Shown here: positions 1 through 12,416 of the stretch, one piece after another
Layout of the letters: the number at the start of each line of letters is the position of its first letter
How positions within the stretch are numbered: the stretch's first letter is position 1
Origin: Psammoneis japonica
Lineage: Eukaryota
Direction of reading: 5' to 3'
Assembly (NCBI GenBank): GCA_008632985.1
Contig: QPGO01000111.1
Span: 124,001-188,000, forward strand
DNA length: 64,000 nt
Made by a program: the position numbers and the translations under genes
The notes under the pieces: model-generated
Databases searched by the model: none
The model's input: the letters and a program-made list of their open reading frames with translations, nothing else
What the model was told of the DNA's origin: nothing

Positions 1-2127
1 TCAAGGGTTTGAAGCAGCAGCAGCAAATGCTCCAGTCTAGGTGCTGCATGCACCACAGATTCTTTGGTGGAAAGACAGAACGAACCAGTGCTTGTGCTCT
101 CTGTGCATCTAAAAAAAACTTGCTGAGCAAAGGCAGGCAAGACAAAGGCTGCATCATGCACCTTGGGCACATGATGCCTCAGCTGCCTTTGAACTTTGGC
201 GCCGGGCATGTGCACTGGTTTCTTGCACCCCTCCCATCCCTTGGTGGTGAGAACAAAACCAACTTGACCTGACAGACAAGCTGGAATGGTGCTGTGCCAG
301 CACAAGCATGCCTGAGATTGGTGTGGAGGTGGAGGATGTGGATTGAATCAAGAGATGAATCAAATTGACATGAAGTCACATGCACTCACCTTGTGCACAG
401 ACAATGCTGTCCTTGTGTGGACACCAAGACTTGTTTGGGATTCACTTGGTGACTTGAATGACGCCATCCAACACCAAGAAATTGCTGCAATGGGTGGATT
501 GAAAACACAAGTGCATCTTGAAACTTGGAGTGGCTGTGGTGCAAGACCTTTTTGACTTGCTTGCAATGCCAGCTGCACTGGAAATGTGTTCATTCTCACC
601 TCTTCTTGCTCATGAAGCCAGCCATCAATGACAAGATCCGCGCCACTGTGTCAGGATGCAAGCATGAAGAAGAAACAAAACAGCAAGGAAACAAGCTCAC
701 ATGCATCCTCAGAGCATGCTTTGACTGCCAACTCTGCTTGATGCTGACTGTGGCATGGCATCTGACAACTTGCTTTGGGCCCACGGGAGGATCAGAGCTT
801 TTGGTGCTGCACGTGGTTGTTGTTGTTGGATTGCAGTTGCTGTGTTGTTGCCTTTGACATTGGCACCTCCATGCCACAAAAGATGTGACAAACTCTTTTA
901 GAAACTTGAAACACAAGACTGGTGGGGGATGTCTCCAGCCAGCTGCTGGCTGAAAAAATCTGCCTGTCAATGCATTTGATGACAGACTCTTCCAGCACCA
1001 ATTCTGCACACAAAATTCTTCAGCCAGCAGCTGGCTGGAGACTTCCTCCAAGACAGAGGATCCAGTGATGCAGCTTTGAAGAAGCCCTGCCACATCAAAA
1101 GAAACATGGCGACTCCAAAATTCAAACAGTGAAATGTCTTTGGCCTGTTGGGGGCAAAGGTGCTGGTGGTGGAAGTCTGTGGATTCCCATGGGGATGCTC
1201 AGAGAACATCAGTGCTTTGGTGATTGCACCATGACGATGTGCGATGGAGTGTCAAAAATCAAGAAAAACAGTTGGTGCCACAGCGCTGCAAATTGCTGAG
1301 CAATTGCATGATTCACTGCCTGAAGGTCAAGTGTCATTGCCTGGAGCAACATTCTCCCTTCGTGCAGATGTCCATTCTGCATGGCACATGGCATTGAAAA
1401 TCTCATTGCAGCTGCATGAGGCACAGTCCAGGCAATTTCATCAAATGACCTCTTTGGTGCACTGTGCTGTGTGATCTACACACATCGGACATTCTTGAAT
1501 GCTGGTGCATTTTCTGCAGTCTCCACATGCATGAAGCTCAAATTTTGTGCCTGAAGGAACAACCACCCCCTTTGGGCACGCAAATCACACAATTGTTCAG
1601 CAATTTGTGTTGAGCATTTAAACACCCCACATCACAGAAAGCTGCGCACAGGCAGATGCGTGTCACACTCATTTTCATTTTTCTGGGGATTTTGCCAGTT
1701 GCCCATCTGCCCAAAATCAACCACTGTCAGACCAAGCCCTTCAGCTTCTGTGGTGCTTTTGCAATGACAAGAGCACAAATGCAAAAATTGCCAATGGCAA
1801 AACTGGCACTCATCTCTGTGATGCTCATTTTGAAGACAATCAGCTCCACACCACCAACAACCCCAATCTTGTGACTGACATGCGTCATGACATTGTGGTG
1901 AGAAATTTCATTGTGTTCAGTTGTGTTTGTGCACCACATGGTGCAGCATCATGTTTTGATGTTTTTTGGGGTGTCACCTGTCCTTGTTTTGCTCACAGTC
2001 ATTTGTTTTGTGTCATGTTCTCCAGAGCAAGGTTGATGTTCCATTGTTTGCAGCGTTGAAGCTTCGTGAGCATGATGTGGATTGAGTCATGGATGGGGGG
2101 TGTTCTCAGTGACCACGCAGTGACCCA

Positions 2128-3005
2128 GCTCAGTTTGGATTTGCCCATTTGGAGATTCCCAAAAAATGGCCAGGGTGAGGGGGAGTCACCTCACCCTTCT
2201 GGGAAAGCCCAGGAGAATTGAGGGCAATTTTGTGGGAAGGAATGCCTGAAAGGGCTCAGGGGAGGGGAACAAAAACAAACAGAGTGCAGCAATGTGCAGT
2301 GACTGCAGTCAGGTGGCTGTGCTTTTATCTCCATGACAACCAATGCATGGCACATGACGACGACAATGACCAGTGCATTGATGCATCAACACAAAGCAGC
2401 TCCTTGTGGCAGAACAAGGAAAGAAGAAACTTCACAATTGAGTCAGCCATGTTAACATTGCTCATGTGTGGTGCTGTTTTTGCCTTGTCCTTTGCTCTGG
2501 AGCCCTTGTGGTTTGCACATTTGTGACCACGCGACACAAGAAAGAACACATGATGCACTGCACTCTGCAAATGAGAGACCAACCAAAACAAAAATGAGCA
2601 ACATGCCGTTTGTGGTGTTGGCTTTTGTCAAACAACAATGAAACCAGTCAATCTCATGATCAACAGTGTAAAACACAAAATGCATGGAAGCATGACAGAT
2701 TGTGCTCAAAAAACTGGTGTGTTGACAGATTGTTGCACTTTTTGTTTTGTCACACTGTCGCAAATGCAAGCCATGCAGCATCTGCAGCAAAGTCCAAGGC
2801 AAAAGCAGAGCTGTGCATGGCCAACAATGATGTTGCGGATTGAGCAGTCTTGCTTTTTCTTCAAATTGACACATCTTGTGTGCAGAATGAAGTGGATCAT
2901 CTGGAATCACTCTGTTGTCGTGCAGCTGCAAATGCAAGCCACGAGGCTTCTGGAGCAAAGGCTGAGGCAAAAGCACAACCTCACAAGGCCAATGAAAATG
3001 TGCTC
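2128..3005 (+). repeat. Dispersed repeat (modules A+B), copy 1
   Basis: 2128-2453 aligns with 9282-9613; 2220-2580 aligns with 10228-10585; 2625-3002 aligns as reverse complement with ~10622-11010. Confidence 0.85.
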
Positions 3006-3096
3006 ATTCTTTCCTTTTACTTGATTTGTGAGGTTGTGGGTGGGTCGCGGTTTGGAGTTTCGACTTGCGTTTCCAAAATTTAATTCTGCAATCATC

Positions 3097-3830
3097 ATGC
3101 AGTGCATGCGGTGTTCTTGTTTGACGTCCAGGGCTCGACCTGTCATGTTCGGCGAAGCAATTTGATGCCCTTAAATGTGCTTGAACTGCATTTGACAAAA
3201 CAAGAGGAAACAATTGTGGTTGTTCCAGGTTGTGATTGTGGGCTGCCGGTTGACCGGGTTCAACCAGCCATTGCACCAGAAACAAAAGCAGCAGAGGAAA
3301 CCACTCACTTGCCTTGCAGTTTTGGAATTGACAAGTTGCTCGAGTCAATTGACATTGCCAAAACACAATGCCCAAACTGCCGGTTTGCAATCAAGGACAT
3401 TTTGTTGGAACCCGGCTCTTTGACACTTGCATCAGACTTCTTGGCAGGTGTCCCGGAAGTCATTGCTGTGGATGTTGGCCCCCGCACTGAGTCTTAAAAG
3501 GGTTGTGCAGTTTGATCAACGGCTGCGATTGACAATTGTCAAGAGATGGTAATTGACACAGAGGTGCAACAAGACAATGGAAGCTGTCTAGTTTGCTTTG
3601 CAGCCAATGATGTGATTTCATCTGCGCCCAGCAGACACCACCAACCGGCTTCTCAGACCGCTTCATTGAACCACAGCACCACAGCTGTGTGCTGTTTGCG
3701 CTTGTCAATGTTGTCAATTTTTCATGTGCATCAGAAACCAAAACAGTCACAAAGAGTGCTCTCTCCCCAAGTTCCCTCGCAGTTGTCAAGAGTTGGGCAA
3801 TGGGAAAATTGGCGGGTCCCAACTTGAAGA
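3097..3830 (+). pseudogene. Degraded coding remnant of unknown function
   Basis: ORF 3102-3497 reads as globular protein sequence (DKLLESIDIAKTQCPNCRFAIKDILLEPG) with Tyr absent; family not recognised. Confidence 0.3.
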
Positions 3831-4040
3831 GAAACTGGAATTGTGAAATGTGTGCTCCACGCACTCAGGTGTTGGGACAAAGATCAATCCATTGTCGTGC
3901 CCAGGGTTTTGAGAGCCACTTGTGAATCCATCAACCAATGCACGTCAGTGTCGCACAGTGCTTTCCATGACCTCAGACCTTGGGAACTTCCTCCACTTGC
4001 TGGGATTCTGGGTTGGTTTTGGGGGGGGCTGAAGCATCAA

Positions 4041-5098
4041 TCAACCAATGTCAAGGAGATGCAAGGAAAAGCATGCGCACACCTTGAGAAACAGCAGAAA
4101 GCGCATTTGCGTGCCGACACCTTCATCCTCATCATCAGAAAAGAGTTGTTCCCTGACACATCCAGCAGTCAAGAACATGGTCACAACAAAGCCGTCCCAT
4201 GTTGAAAAGCACAAATTGCCAATGGCTGTGCCTGGGCCATCTCCAAATGTCACGCAGCTGACACCAAAGCAGCACATGGAGAGAAGCAGCACAGACATGA
4301 CAGACTCGCACATGAGGTTTGACATGTCCTTGATTGTCATGATGGACACAACCACAGCAAGCACTGTTCCAATCGCACCAAGACCAATGGCATTCTTGGT
4401 CCTCCTGCACGTGTTGGTTCCGTTGTCACAAACAGACTTGCAGCACCTCGAGCTGGCCACCAAGACAATGACCGATGCGGCAAAGAGTGCCGCCCACATT
4501 GCAGTCTTTTTCGAAGCCTTGGATGCATCCGCCACACCATGATCCTTGGCGAGACTGGCTACAATGCAGAGATTGGCAACAAAGGCGCCCCATGATGAAA
4601 AGTAAAGATTGGTGTTCTCAATGAAAAATGTTGCACCTCCAACTTTGCTTTGCGCCAAACCATTGTTGGGATCCATGATGACGGGCAAGCCAGCTGCCCA
4701 GAGAACAACAAGCAAACCCACAAAGCCAATCTCGACCGCCTTGCCTTCAAAGCTGTCTTGTACCACGAAGCGCGCGACAATGGCAAAAAAGGCAAACAAC
4801 ATGGAAATGGCCATCACAGACAGGACCCACTTGTCCGATGTGCTCTTGTCATCCACGTCACTGTCTGTCTGGAACGCCGTCAGCACGACCCACAACAAAG
4901 AGAATGAGGAGGTACAGAATGGTTCAGAACAGACAAGACTTTCACAGGATTGCAAAAGATCTAGACACGACTTGTGCTTGACACCAGATTTGAAACGAGA
5001 ACATGATCACATTCACAAATCAAAACACTGCAACACACCGCAGAAAAGATGGCCAAGGCGCACCAAGACATGAATCGATTGTTGGGATCGGGGGCCAT
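4041..5098 (-). pseudogene. Multi-pass membrane protein with internally repeated NLYF(S/T)W motif, partly hypermutated
   Basis: Exon 1 5098-5039 (MAPDPNNRFMSWCALAIFSA), GT donor at 5038, exon 2 from 4889 (VVLTAFQTD...) with ~8 hydrophobic segments; the acceptor reads TGG instead of TAG; NLYFSSW versus NLCFSTW. 3' end uncertain. Confidence 0.7.
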
Positions 5099-6053
5099 GG
5101 TGATGCTTCTGTTGGTCAATACAGTAAGAGTTGTTTGATTAGGCTCTTGTTTCTATTCTTGGATACACAAAATGAGTTCTTTCTCGTTCGTGTCGTTCTT
5201 TTCGTTGTGGTTCTCATCCAGAGATTGCGTGATGGCGCCTGATGATTCGTGGATGTCAGGATTCCGTGCAGTAGAAAACGTACTGACTTCTACGTCACGC
5301 CCAAGACTTCAGAGACGTTCTCAGTTCGCTCTCAAATTGAAAATCACCCCGGCGCGAAAATAATTTCACGAACCGCGATGCTGCTAGACTAAATGATCGA
5401 GTAGGAAAAGGCAAAAGCAGACAGCAATTGTTTATTTAAACTGTCCAAGTAGTAACCGGGCGGGCATCCAGTCTACCACCGTCCCGACCGTAGCAGAGTC
5501 TTGGAGGATACTTGAAGTTCTCAATGTGAATTTGGTAGAAGGTCGTCCTCCACGACTCGTCAGCGCTTTGACCGTCAAGGCGTGACATCTTGCGGTCAAA
5601 ACAACAGACACAATGGCAAAAGAAAACAAAGCATTCATTCTTGACATGTTTGCATAAAATGGAAGCGCTTCATCATCCGCTTTCCTCCCGTCCAACTCGC
5701 ACACTAGCTCTTGTCCTCGGATCAGAACTTTAGCCATCTCGAGCCGACTTTGATCAAGTGCTTGTAACTCTTAGTAGGGTCTTCCGAGTGACTCTCTGGC
5801 TCTACAGCCGCCTTTGAATCAGACAAGAGCAACCCTAATTCCTTGTTCAAACAAAAGTAGTGATATGGTTTTCTGTTAATAAAGATATCATGCATGCAAC
5901 ATACTCGTACTATAATATGTAATCCTGTTTCGTTCGAATGTAATGTAGAGAGTTCACCAGTTCTGCGGGAATAGATCCAATCATCTCATCTCTTTTTGGA
6001 GTGCATTCTTTTTGACTTGGAATCCAAACTGAACAATAACGAATATCTGCTTC

Positions 6054-7006
6054 CTAACTAGGAAAGCCACCACCGGAGGAGTAAAAGCCACCACGGGACG
6101 AGTGGAAGCCACCACCAGAGGAAGGGAAGCCACCAACGGAGGAGGAAACGCCACCACCGGAGGAAGGGAAGCCACCACCGGAGGAAGGGAAGTTAGTTCC
6201 CGAACGGCCGGTTGAAGCGAAGCCGACGGAAGAAGGGCCCGTGAAATCCATGCCACCCCCGGTAGGGTTGCTGCTAAGACTGAAGCGGCTTCCGTTGCCA
6301 GCAATACCCATGCCACTATCGTTCGGGTTGCTCAACAGTAAGCCGCTGGAACGGTTCCTGAAGCTGCTTGTACCAGGACTGAAACTGCTTCCGGACACGA
6401 CGTCTGGAGCCAAGTCAGTGGAGATCTGGGTTCCACTACCAGACGTAGGCTTGTCCAACAACTTGAGATGGCGGTCTTGGATGAGGGGGTTGGACCTCAA
6501 TTCAAAGTCCGTATCATTCTTGATGTGTTCGATGGTTCGTTCGACCTGTTTCTTGAGAATGTTATCCGCCATTGAGGGAGCTTTCAAGCCAGCGGCCTCC
6601 ATCGTCTCCTTATTTGTATCCCAACAGCTGTTGGTGACCGGGTTGTATTTGTCAATTTTTCCTTGCATCATGTCACCGACGGTGGCATCCACGGACTGCA
6701 CCTCCCCCATGGTCCAGTTTTTGGACATTTCTTTCGCGTCGACCAAAACCTTGTCACGGTTGTCGCCCTCACCATAGTTCGGGCCGGAATGAATCAAGTA
6801 CTGCTTGCCGCTCTCCGTCGTCACAAGAGTACCGATATGGTCGACGAAGTCCGCCTGTCCTCTCTTTGGACGAGTGCAAGTCTGAGCCGACTTGACGCGC
6901 TCATTGAAAATTTCTGTGAACTCTGTCCTGAGAAAGAAGAGGAGCAATGGGTGAGAGTCGGACGAAGCGTGTGAACGCCAAGAGGTTCCTTCACAATAAC
7001 TTACAT
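6054..7006 (-). CDS. Permuted papain-like (LRAT/PPPDE-like) protein with Gly/Ser-rich C-terminal repeats
   Basis: Motifs DHIG...YLIHSG...KYNPVTNSCW give the His...Cys order of permuted NlpC/P60 enzymes; SSGGGF repeats at the C-terminus. Start codon AT|G is split by intron 7004-6928 (GTAAGT...TTCTCAG). Confidence 0.65.
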
Positions 7007-7324
7007 GTTTCAGGTATCCAAAATTGTGAGCTGTTGTGATGGCGACAACTTCAGTCTAAAAGATCGCCGAGCGGGATCAACCTGAAGATACCGTAGCCAG
7101 GATGACGTCAGAGATGCTTGGCTGCAAACTTACAGTAGGCTCTACTCTCTAGTAGAGCTAGAGTAGAGAGTAGGTTCCTCTCTAGCTAGAGTACATGTTG
7201 CAGGTATCCAAAATTGTGAGCTGCTTGTGATGCAGATGGCGACAACTTCGAGTCTAAAAGATCGCCGAGCGGGATCCACCTGAAGATACCGTAGCCAGGA
7301 TGACGTCAGAGATGCTTGGCTGCA
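7002..7324 (+). repeat. ~125-bp direct duplication (7002-7126 and 7192-7324) separated by CTAG/AG-rich filler
   Basis: Both copies run tacatgtt.caggtatccaaaattgtgagctg...gatgcttggctgca and are nearly identical. Confidence 0.9.
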
Positions 7325-7401
7325 TTGGGTAGGTAAATACCGCGGCCTGCAGCCTAGGGTTAGTGTACTGTATTATTATTTTTGGACTCATACAGTAGAA
7401 A

Positions 7402-8977
7402 ATGTCCCAGCCGCAACGGTCAACCCAATGGAATCATCTGCAAACCGATGATGATATCGTAGTTGAACGAGCATCATGCAGTCTCAAGTTCCCAGAGGGT
7501 TTCCCTCTCGATGTTTGTGTGGGTGGTGACGACGGAGAAAAAGGATTTAAGGAGTTACTAGAGAAAATCAAAGAACACTGTAAAGGTCACAAGGTACATA
7601 TTGCATCAGGAAAAAAAAACAGCAAAAACCAAGGCCATTCCCGGACTATCCAGTGCTCATGGAAAGATGGACCTTTGTGCCCGTGGGCCATCAAAGTCGT
7701 GCAAATCTGGTCTAAAGAGGACGCCAGCGTTGGATGGATCGTTGGAATACCAAGAAGAAAAGCAGTTGAATATGCTGAAAAGCAACGTGCCAAGAATCGT
7801 GGGTTTGAGATGATGGTTGATAACGTTCATACACATGAACTACCAAAGGATGGATCACACGAAGAAGTCGGTTTGGTGCTCGATGGCCAGCAGGAAAGTG
7901 GTAATTTCGAGCAGCTATTGGACGAGCTCGTCGAGTCTAGGGAAGAGCAAATTTCGGATAAAGATCCCGGATTTATTGGCGAGGAGGCGAAGTGTCTCGG
8001 TTATAACAAAGATTTGTGCATTCGGATATCAACAGGATGGCAAAAACAGACCAAAGCAGCGTGGGATGCGAGGAAGAAACTCCACATTGACCAGTGGATG
8101 GAAATTTATGGACCTAAGGTTGAGTGCGGACAACGGCCTTTGGGAGATAAAGCATGCGATAAGGAAACCATCCAAGAATATCTTGAGGATACCTTTTCCA
8201 AAACGTTTGAGCGGTGTCGTGAGAATCCTCGAGCGTGCATGCTGGTGGATGGCATGCGCAAGGTGGACGGTAAACCTCACGAACTCATCGCATTTAGAGC
8301 CATGCTTTTCGTAAAGCAGGGGGGCTCAGAGAGCTTCCCCGATGACGATGACAGTGCCTTGAGTGTCATCAAACACCCAGACGTGGAAAGAGCCATGGGC
8401 CTTGATCAGCACAAAGGCGTTTTCATCGTTTTGCAAGCTGCAAGCAAACTTGATACTACCAGCGATTTCTTGTCAGTTATGCGTTCTGCAGCAGTTGTCA
8501 CCAAGGTGAGTTGTGACAATGAGTTGTGGCCTAAGCCATGCTTTGTAAGAAGTTGACCTTGTAATTCTTCTTCCTCAGGGAGGAACGAGTATATTTTCTG
8601 CTGTGCGGCGTGCAGTTGCCGACGATGATCGTTTTGCTCCCCCCAAGGAAGAAGTGGTATGCACAGTCGAAAATAAAAGGGGTAAGCAAGGTGCATGGGT
8701 AGCATTTCATGTGGCTTCCAATTTTGCTTGTCTCCCGCAGGAGGTGCGGTCCCGCAAGAGGTCGGAGGCAGCGGGTGGACAGGTCGCAGAAGTGAACGAT
8801 GGAGGGGAACAACAAATTGGGTCGCAGGAAAAGACTGGAGAAGATGACGCCAAAGAACCGGCCGTCTCCGGGGAATTCGAAGAATTATTCTCACTGGAGG
8901 AATTAGAGCGGGATGCCGGAGTCATGTTATTTCCACCACACGGCCGGGAGGTGTTCAAACGACTGAAACAGAGATGA
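7402..8977 (+). CDS. ~500-aa protein with N-terminal WRKY/GCM1/FAR1-like C2H2 zinc-finger motif
   Basis: Exons 7402-8505 and 8579-8977 join in frame via intron GTGAGT...TTCCTCAG; QCSWKDGPLCPWAIKV...HTH resembles MULE/FAR1-type DNA-binding fingers. No DDE core recognised. Confidence 0.65.
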
Positions 8978-9281
8978 TATGAATCATATCTCTTCTATCC
9001 CTGCGAACCACCTGCTGGGAGTCGCCTCAAATCTGATGAAACTAGAACAATGCACATCATATGCGTGAATAAATAAATATATTAATGGCAAAAAAAAGTT
9101 TCAACAGACGATGTCATCACCACAATGTCTGAAACTTCATGACTTCACCGTCAATTCAGACGAATTGACGGGAGGTAGAAAATTTTGAGCGGGAGGGACG
9201 CGCGAAGCTCGCAAATTGGCCGGAAATCGCCGGGTGGAGCCGGCGTGCAGAGCGGTCACCCCACGATGGATGATGGATGGA

Positions 9282-11010
9282 CTTAGTTTGGTTTTACCCA
9301 TTTGGGGATTCCCCAAAATGGCCAGGGTGAGGGGGAGTTACCTCACCCGTTTGGGGGAGTCCCGGGAAATGAGGGCAATTTTGCGGGAAGGAATGCCTGA
9401 AAGGGCTCAGGGGAGGGGAACAAAAACGAATGGAGTGCGGCAATGTGCAGCAAACACAGCCAGACAGGTGTGCTTTTATTGCCATGATGACCAAGCTAGC
9501 GAGCGAGCAATGTGACATGACGCACGACAATGATTGCATTGACACATCGACACAAAGCACCCCCTTCTGGCAGAGTGAGGAAAGAAGAAACTTCGCCATT
9601 AAATCTGCCATGTTGAGCTGTGATTCAAGATCAAAGCAAGTGGCTGGGTCACCACGCCATTCAGCAGTCTTTGCAAGAAACAACTTTGGGGTTGCAAAAC
9701 CCTGCCAAACCAATGCCACAATCATTGAAAGTGCAGCCAGTGTTGATTGAGAGGTGAACTCATGTTGAAAATTGTTGGACATGGAAGGCAGCATCGTGCC
9801 CCCACTTTGTGCACCTGCAAATCCCCAGCAAACAAAAATGAGCTTGACCCATGCTCTGCTGGTGCCAGCGCTGTGCATGGTTGAGGGAATGGATGGATGG
9901 AGCAAACAAAATTTTTTGTGTGCATGTCTTCCACAAAGAAAAAGGTCTGCTGCACTGCACGCATGAAACTGGCAGTCCAAACAAACCACATAAAACAAAA
10001 TGCAGAGAACAGCCTGCCAATGAGCATGTGCAGAAGCAAAACTGGAAAACGCCACAGTTGTGCATTGTTGAAAACAATGGGCTGCAAATGACACCCAGCA
10101 ACCCACCAGGCACCGTTTCAGGAGCACCAGAACATGGCATTGTCAGTTCATTCCTGAATCTGTGCCATGAGTGGGAGGGCTCAATGGCAACAACAACAGC
10201 AAAAGACACAGTTGCCACTCTAGGAAATGAGGGCAATTGGAATGCCTGAAAGGGCTCAGGGGACGGGGACAAAAACAAATGGAGTGCAGCAACATGCAGT
10301 GATTGCTTGCAGTCAGGTGGTTGTGCTTTCATCCCTGAGACAACTGATTGATGCATGACGCACGACAATGACAATGACCAATGCATCAACACATCAACAC
10401 AAAGCAGCTCCTTGTGGCAGAGCAAGGAAAGAAGAAACTTTATGATTGAATCAGCCATGTTGACGTTGCTCATGTGTGGTTCTTTTTTTGCCACATCCTT
10501 TGCTCTAGAGCCCTTGTGGTTTGCATTCTTGACCACGCGACACAAGAAAGAACACGTGAAACACTGCATTCTGCAAATGAGACAGATCAAAGGAAAGAAT
10601 GAGCATGACCACTCAAATGCACCACATTTTCATTGGCCTTGTGAGGTTGTGCTTTTGTCTCAGCCTTTGCTCTAGAAGCCTCATGGCTTGCATTTGCAGC
10701 TGCATGACAACAGAGTGATTCCAAATGATCCACTTCATTCTGCACACAAGATGTGTCAATTTGAAGAAAAAGCAAGACTGCTCAATTTGCAACATCATTG
10801 TTGGCCATGCACAGCTCTGCTTTTGCATTGGACTTTGCTGCAGATGCGCATGGCTTGCATTTGTGACAGCACCAAAAAACAACAAGTGCAACAATCTGTC
10901 AACACACCAGTTTTCTGAGCACAATCTGTCATGCTTCCATGCATTTTGTGTTTTACATTGTTGACTGCAATGTTGTTCACAAGATTGACTGGTGTCATTG
11001 TTGTTTGACA
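9282..11010 (+). repeat. Patchwork of repeat modules A, C, A', inverted B
   Basis: Direct alignment to 2128-3005 and to 24703-25349. Confidence 0.85.
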
Positions 11011-12416
11011 AAAGCCATCATAAATGGGGTGTGAACGCTCCATGGCATGTTGCCCATTCTTGTTGTGGTCAGTCAATTGTTGATTTGCATGTCTGGTGTG
11101 GCTCTGCATGTGCCGGCACACAAATGGAGCTTGCAGAAATGCACAAGAGGGGGAGCATGGGGAATTGCCAATGCATTGTTTTTTGTTCATGCATTTGGTG
11201 CACATGTGTGACAAAGCATCGTTTGTGCTTGTTCCCTGGGAACCCTTTTCCATGGAAAAAGTGTGGCAAAAGGTGGCAATCTTGGGGAATTTGGGGCAAC
11301 CCCATGGCAAAACCAAACCAAGCAACCCAGCAGGAAGTGGGGACCACACGTCGATGGTGCACATGTGACAGCTTGACTTTGGGCTCAACAAAATCACCTT
11401 GAATGGCTTTTGTGTGACAATTGAGGGCTGTTGTTGTGTGTCTGAATCATTTGTTTGCTTGTGCTTGCAGTTGAGCATGATCAATCTCACCATGTCTCAT
11501 CTCATTGCAATCTTGGGCATGCCAGAACCATGTTGAGAGGGTTGTTCATGACAGCTCTGCAAGGTGGAACTTTTCAAATCACATGGAATAATTTTCGCAC
11601 AACAGCTGTGGTCTGTTGTGGTGTGCTTGAACTTTGCCTGTCCTTGCATTTCAGGGTGATGAGTCTTGCTTCTCATCATTGTTTGGCGCACTGCATGCTG
11701 GAACCACGTTGTGTTGATTGCACATGACAGCTTGACTTTGATCTCAACAAAAACAGTTGGAACAACTTTTGTGTGAACTGTTTTTCCATGCATCATTTGG
11801 CAACGTGTCCTTGTGGTCCAGCATGATTTGGGTCATGCCCTTGTGGAAGCATCTGCCAGAAGAGCATCAGAGGCCGCAATGTGGTGTTGTTCACTTTCCT
11901 TTGGAAATGTCAGCACATTTAATTTGACAAAAGTGCGCTGTTGTTAGATGAATTTCATTTTTGTTTTGATGGTCAATTTACATTCATTGTTGCCGTTTTA
12001 TGTTGGCAGTTGTTGCCATTTTATTTTGCTTTTAAGTTGCCAAAGAATTTCAATGAGCCCTTTGTTGTTGAACAATGCTTTTTGTTTTGATTAATTTGTC
12101 ACATGTTTGTGGAAACATTGACTTTGACAGTGCTTTTCAACAGCTTCACCGCAGCCTTGCATCACCACAGACAATGGCATTTCTTTCTCGCCCCAGTCGG
12201 CCACGCAATTGCCTCTAGGAACGCCAGCTCATTGTCACCTGCACGCTCCAGTTGTCCAGTCAATGGGTCCCTGCCTCCATTTTGGTGCCTTTTCTACATG
12301 TGCAGTTCTCTGCCCATTTCATGACAGCACACCCTCTCCCCAAAATGCTTTTGACGAGAGGGTGCACTGTCATGAATCCTGTGCATTCTGTGTGAATCGG
12401 CAACTGACTGTTGGCC

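Larger units (their letters stand above)
1..5070. other. TpA-depleted (TG/CA-rich) hypermutated domain 1: degraded repeats and gene remnants
   Basis: TA is very rare by eye and CG is also reduced; six-frame ORFs are Cys/His/Met-rich and almost Tyr-free. TA returns to normal from ~5100 (caatacagtaag). Confidence 0.9.

Noticed and set aside
5432..5737. Short minus-strand ORF with a signal-peptide-like segment
   Set aside because: No recognisable domain or convincing continuation; insufficient support.
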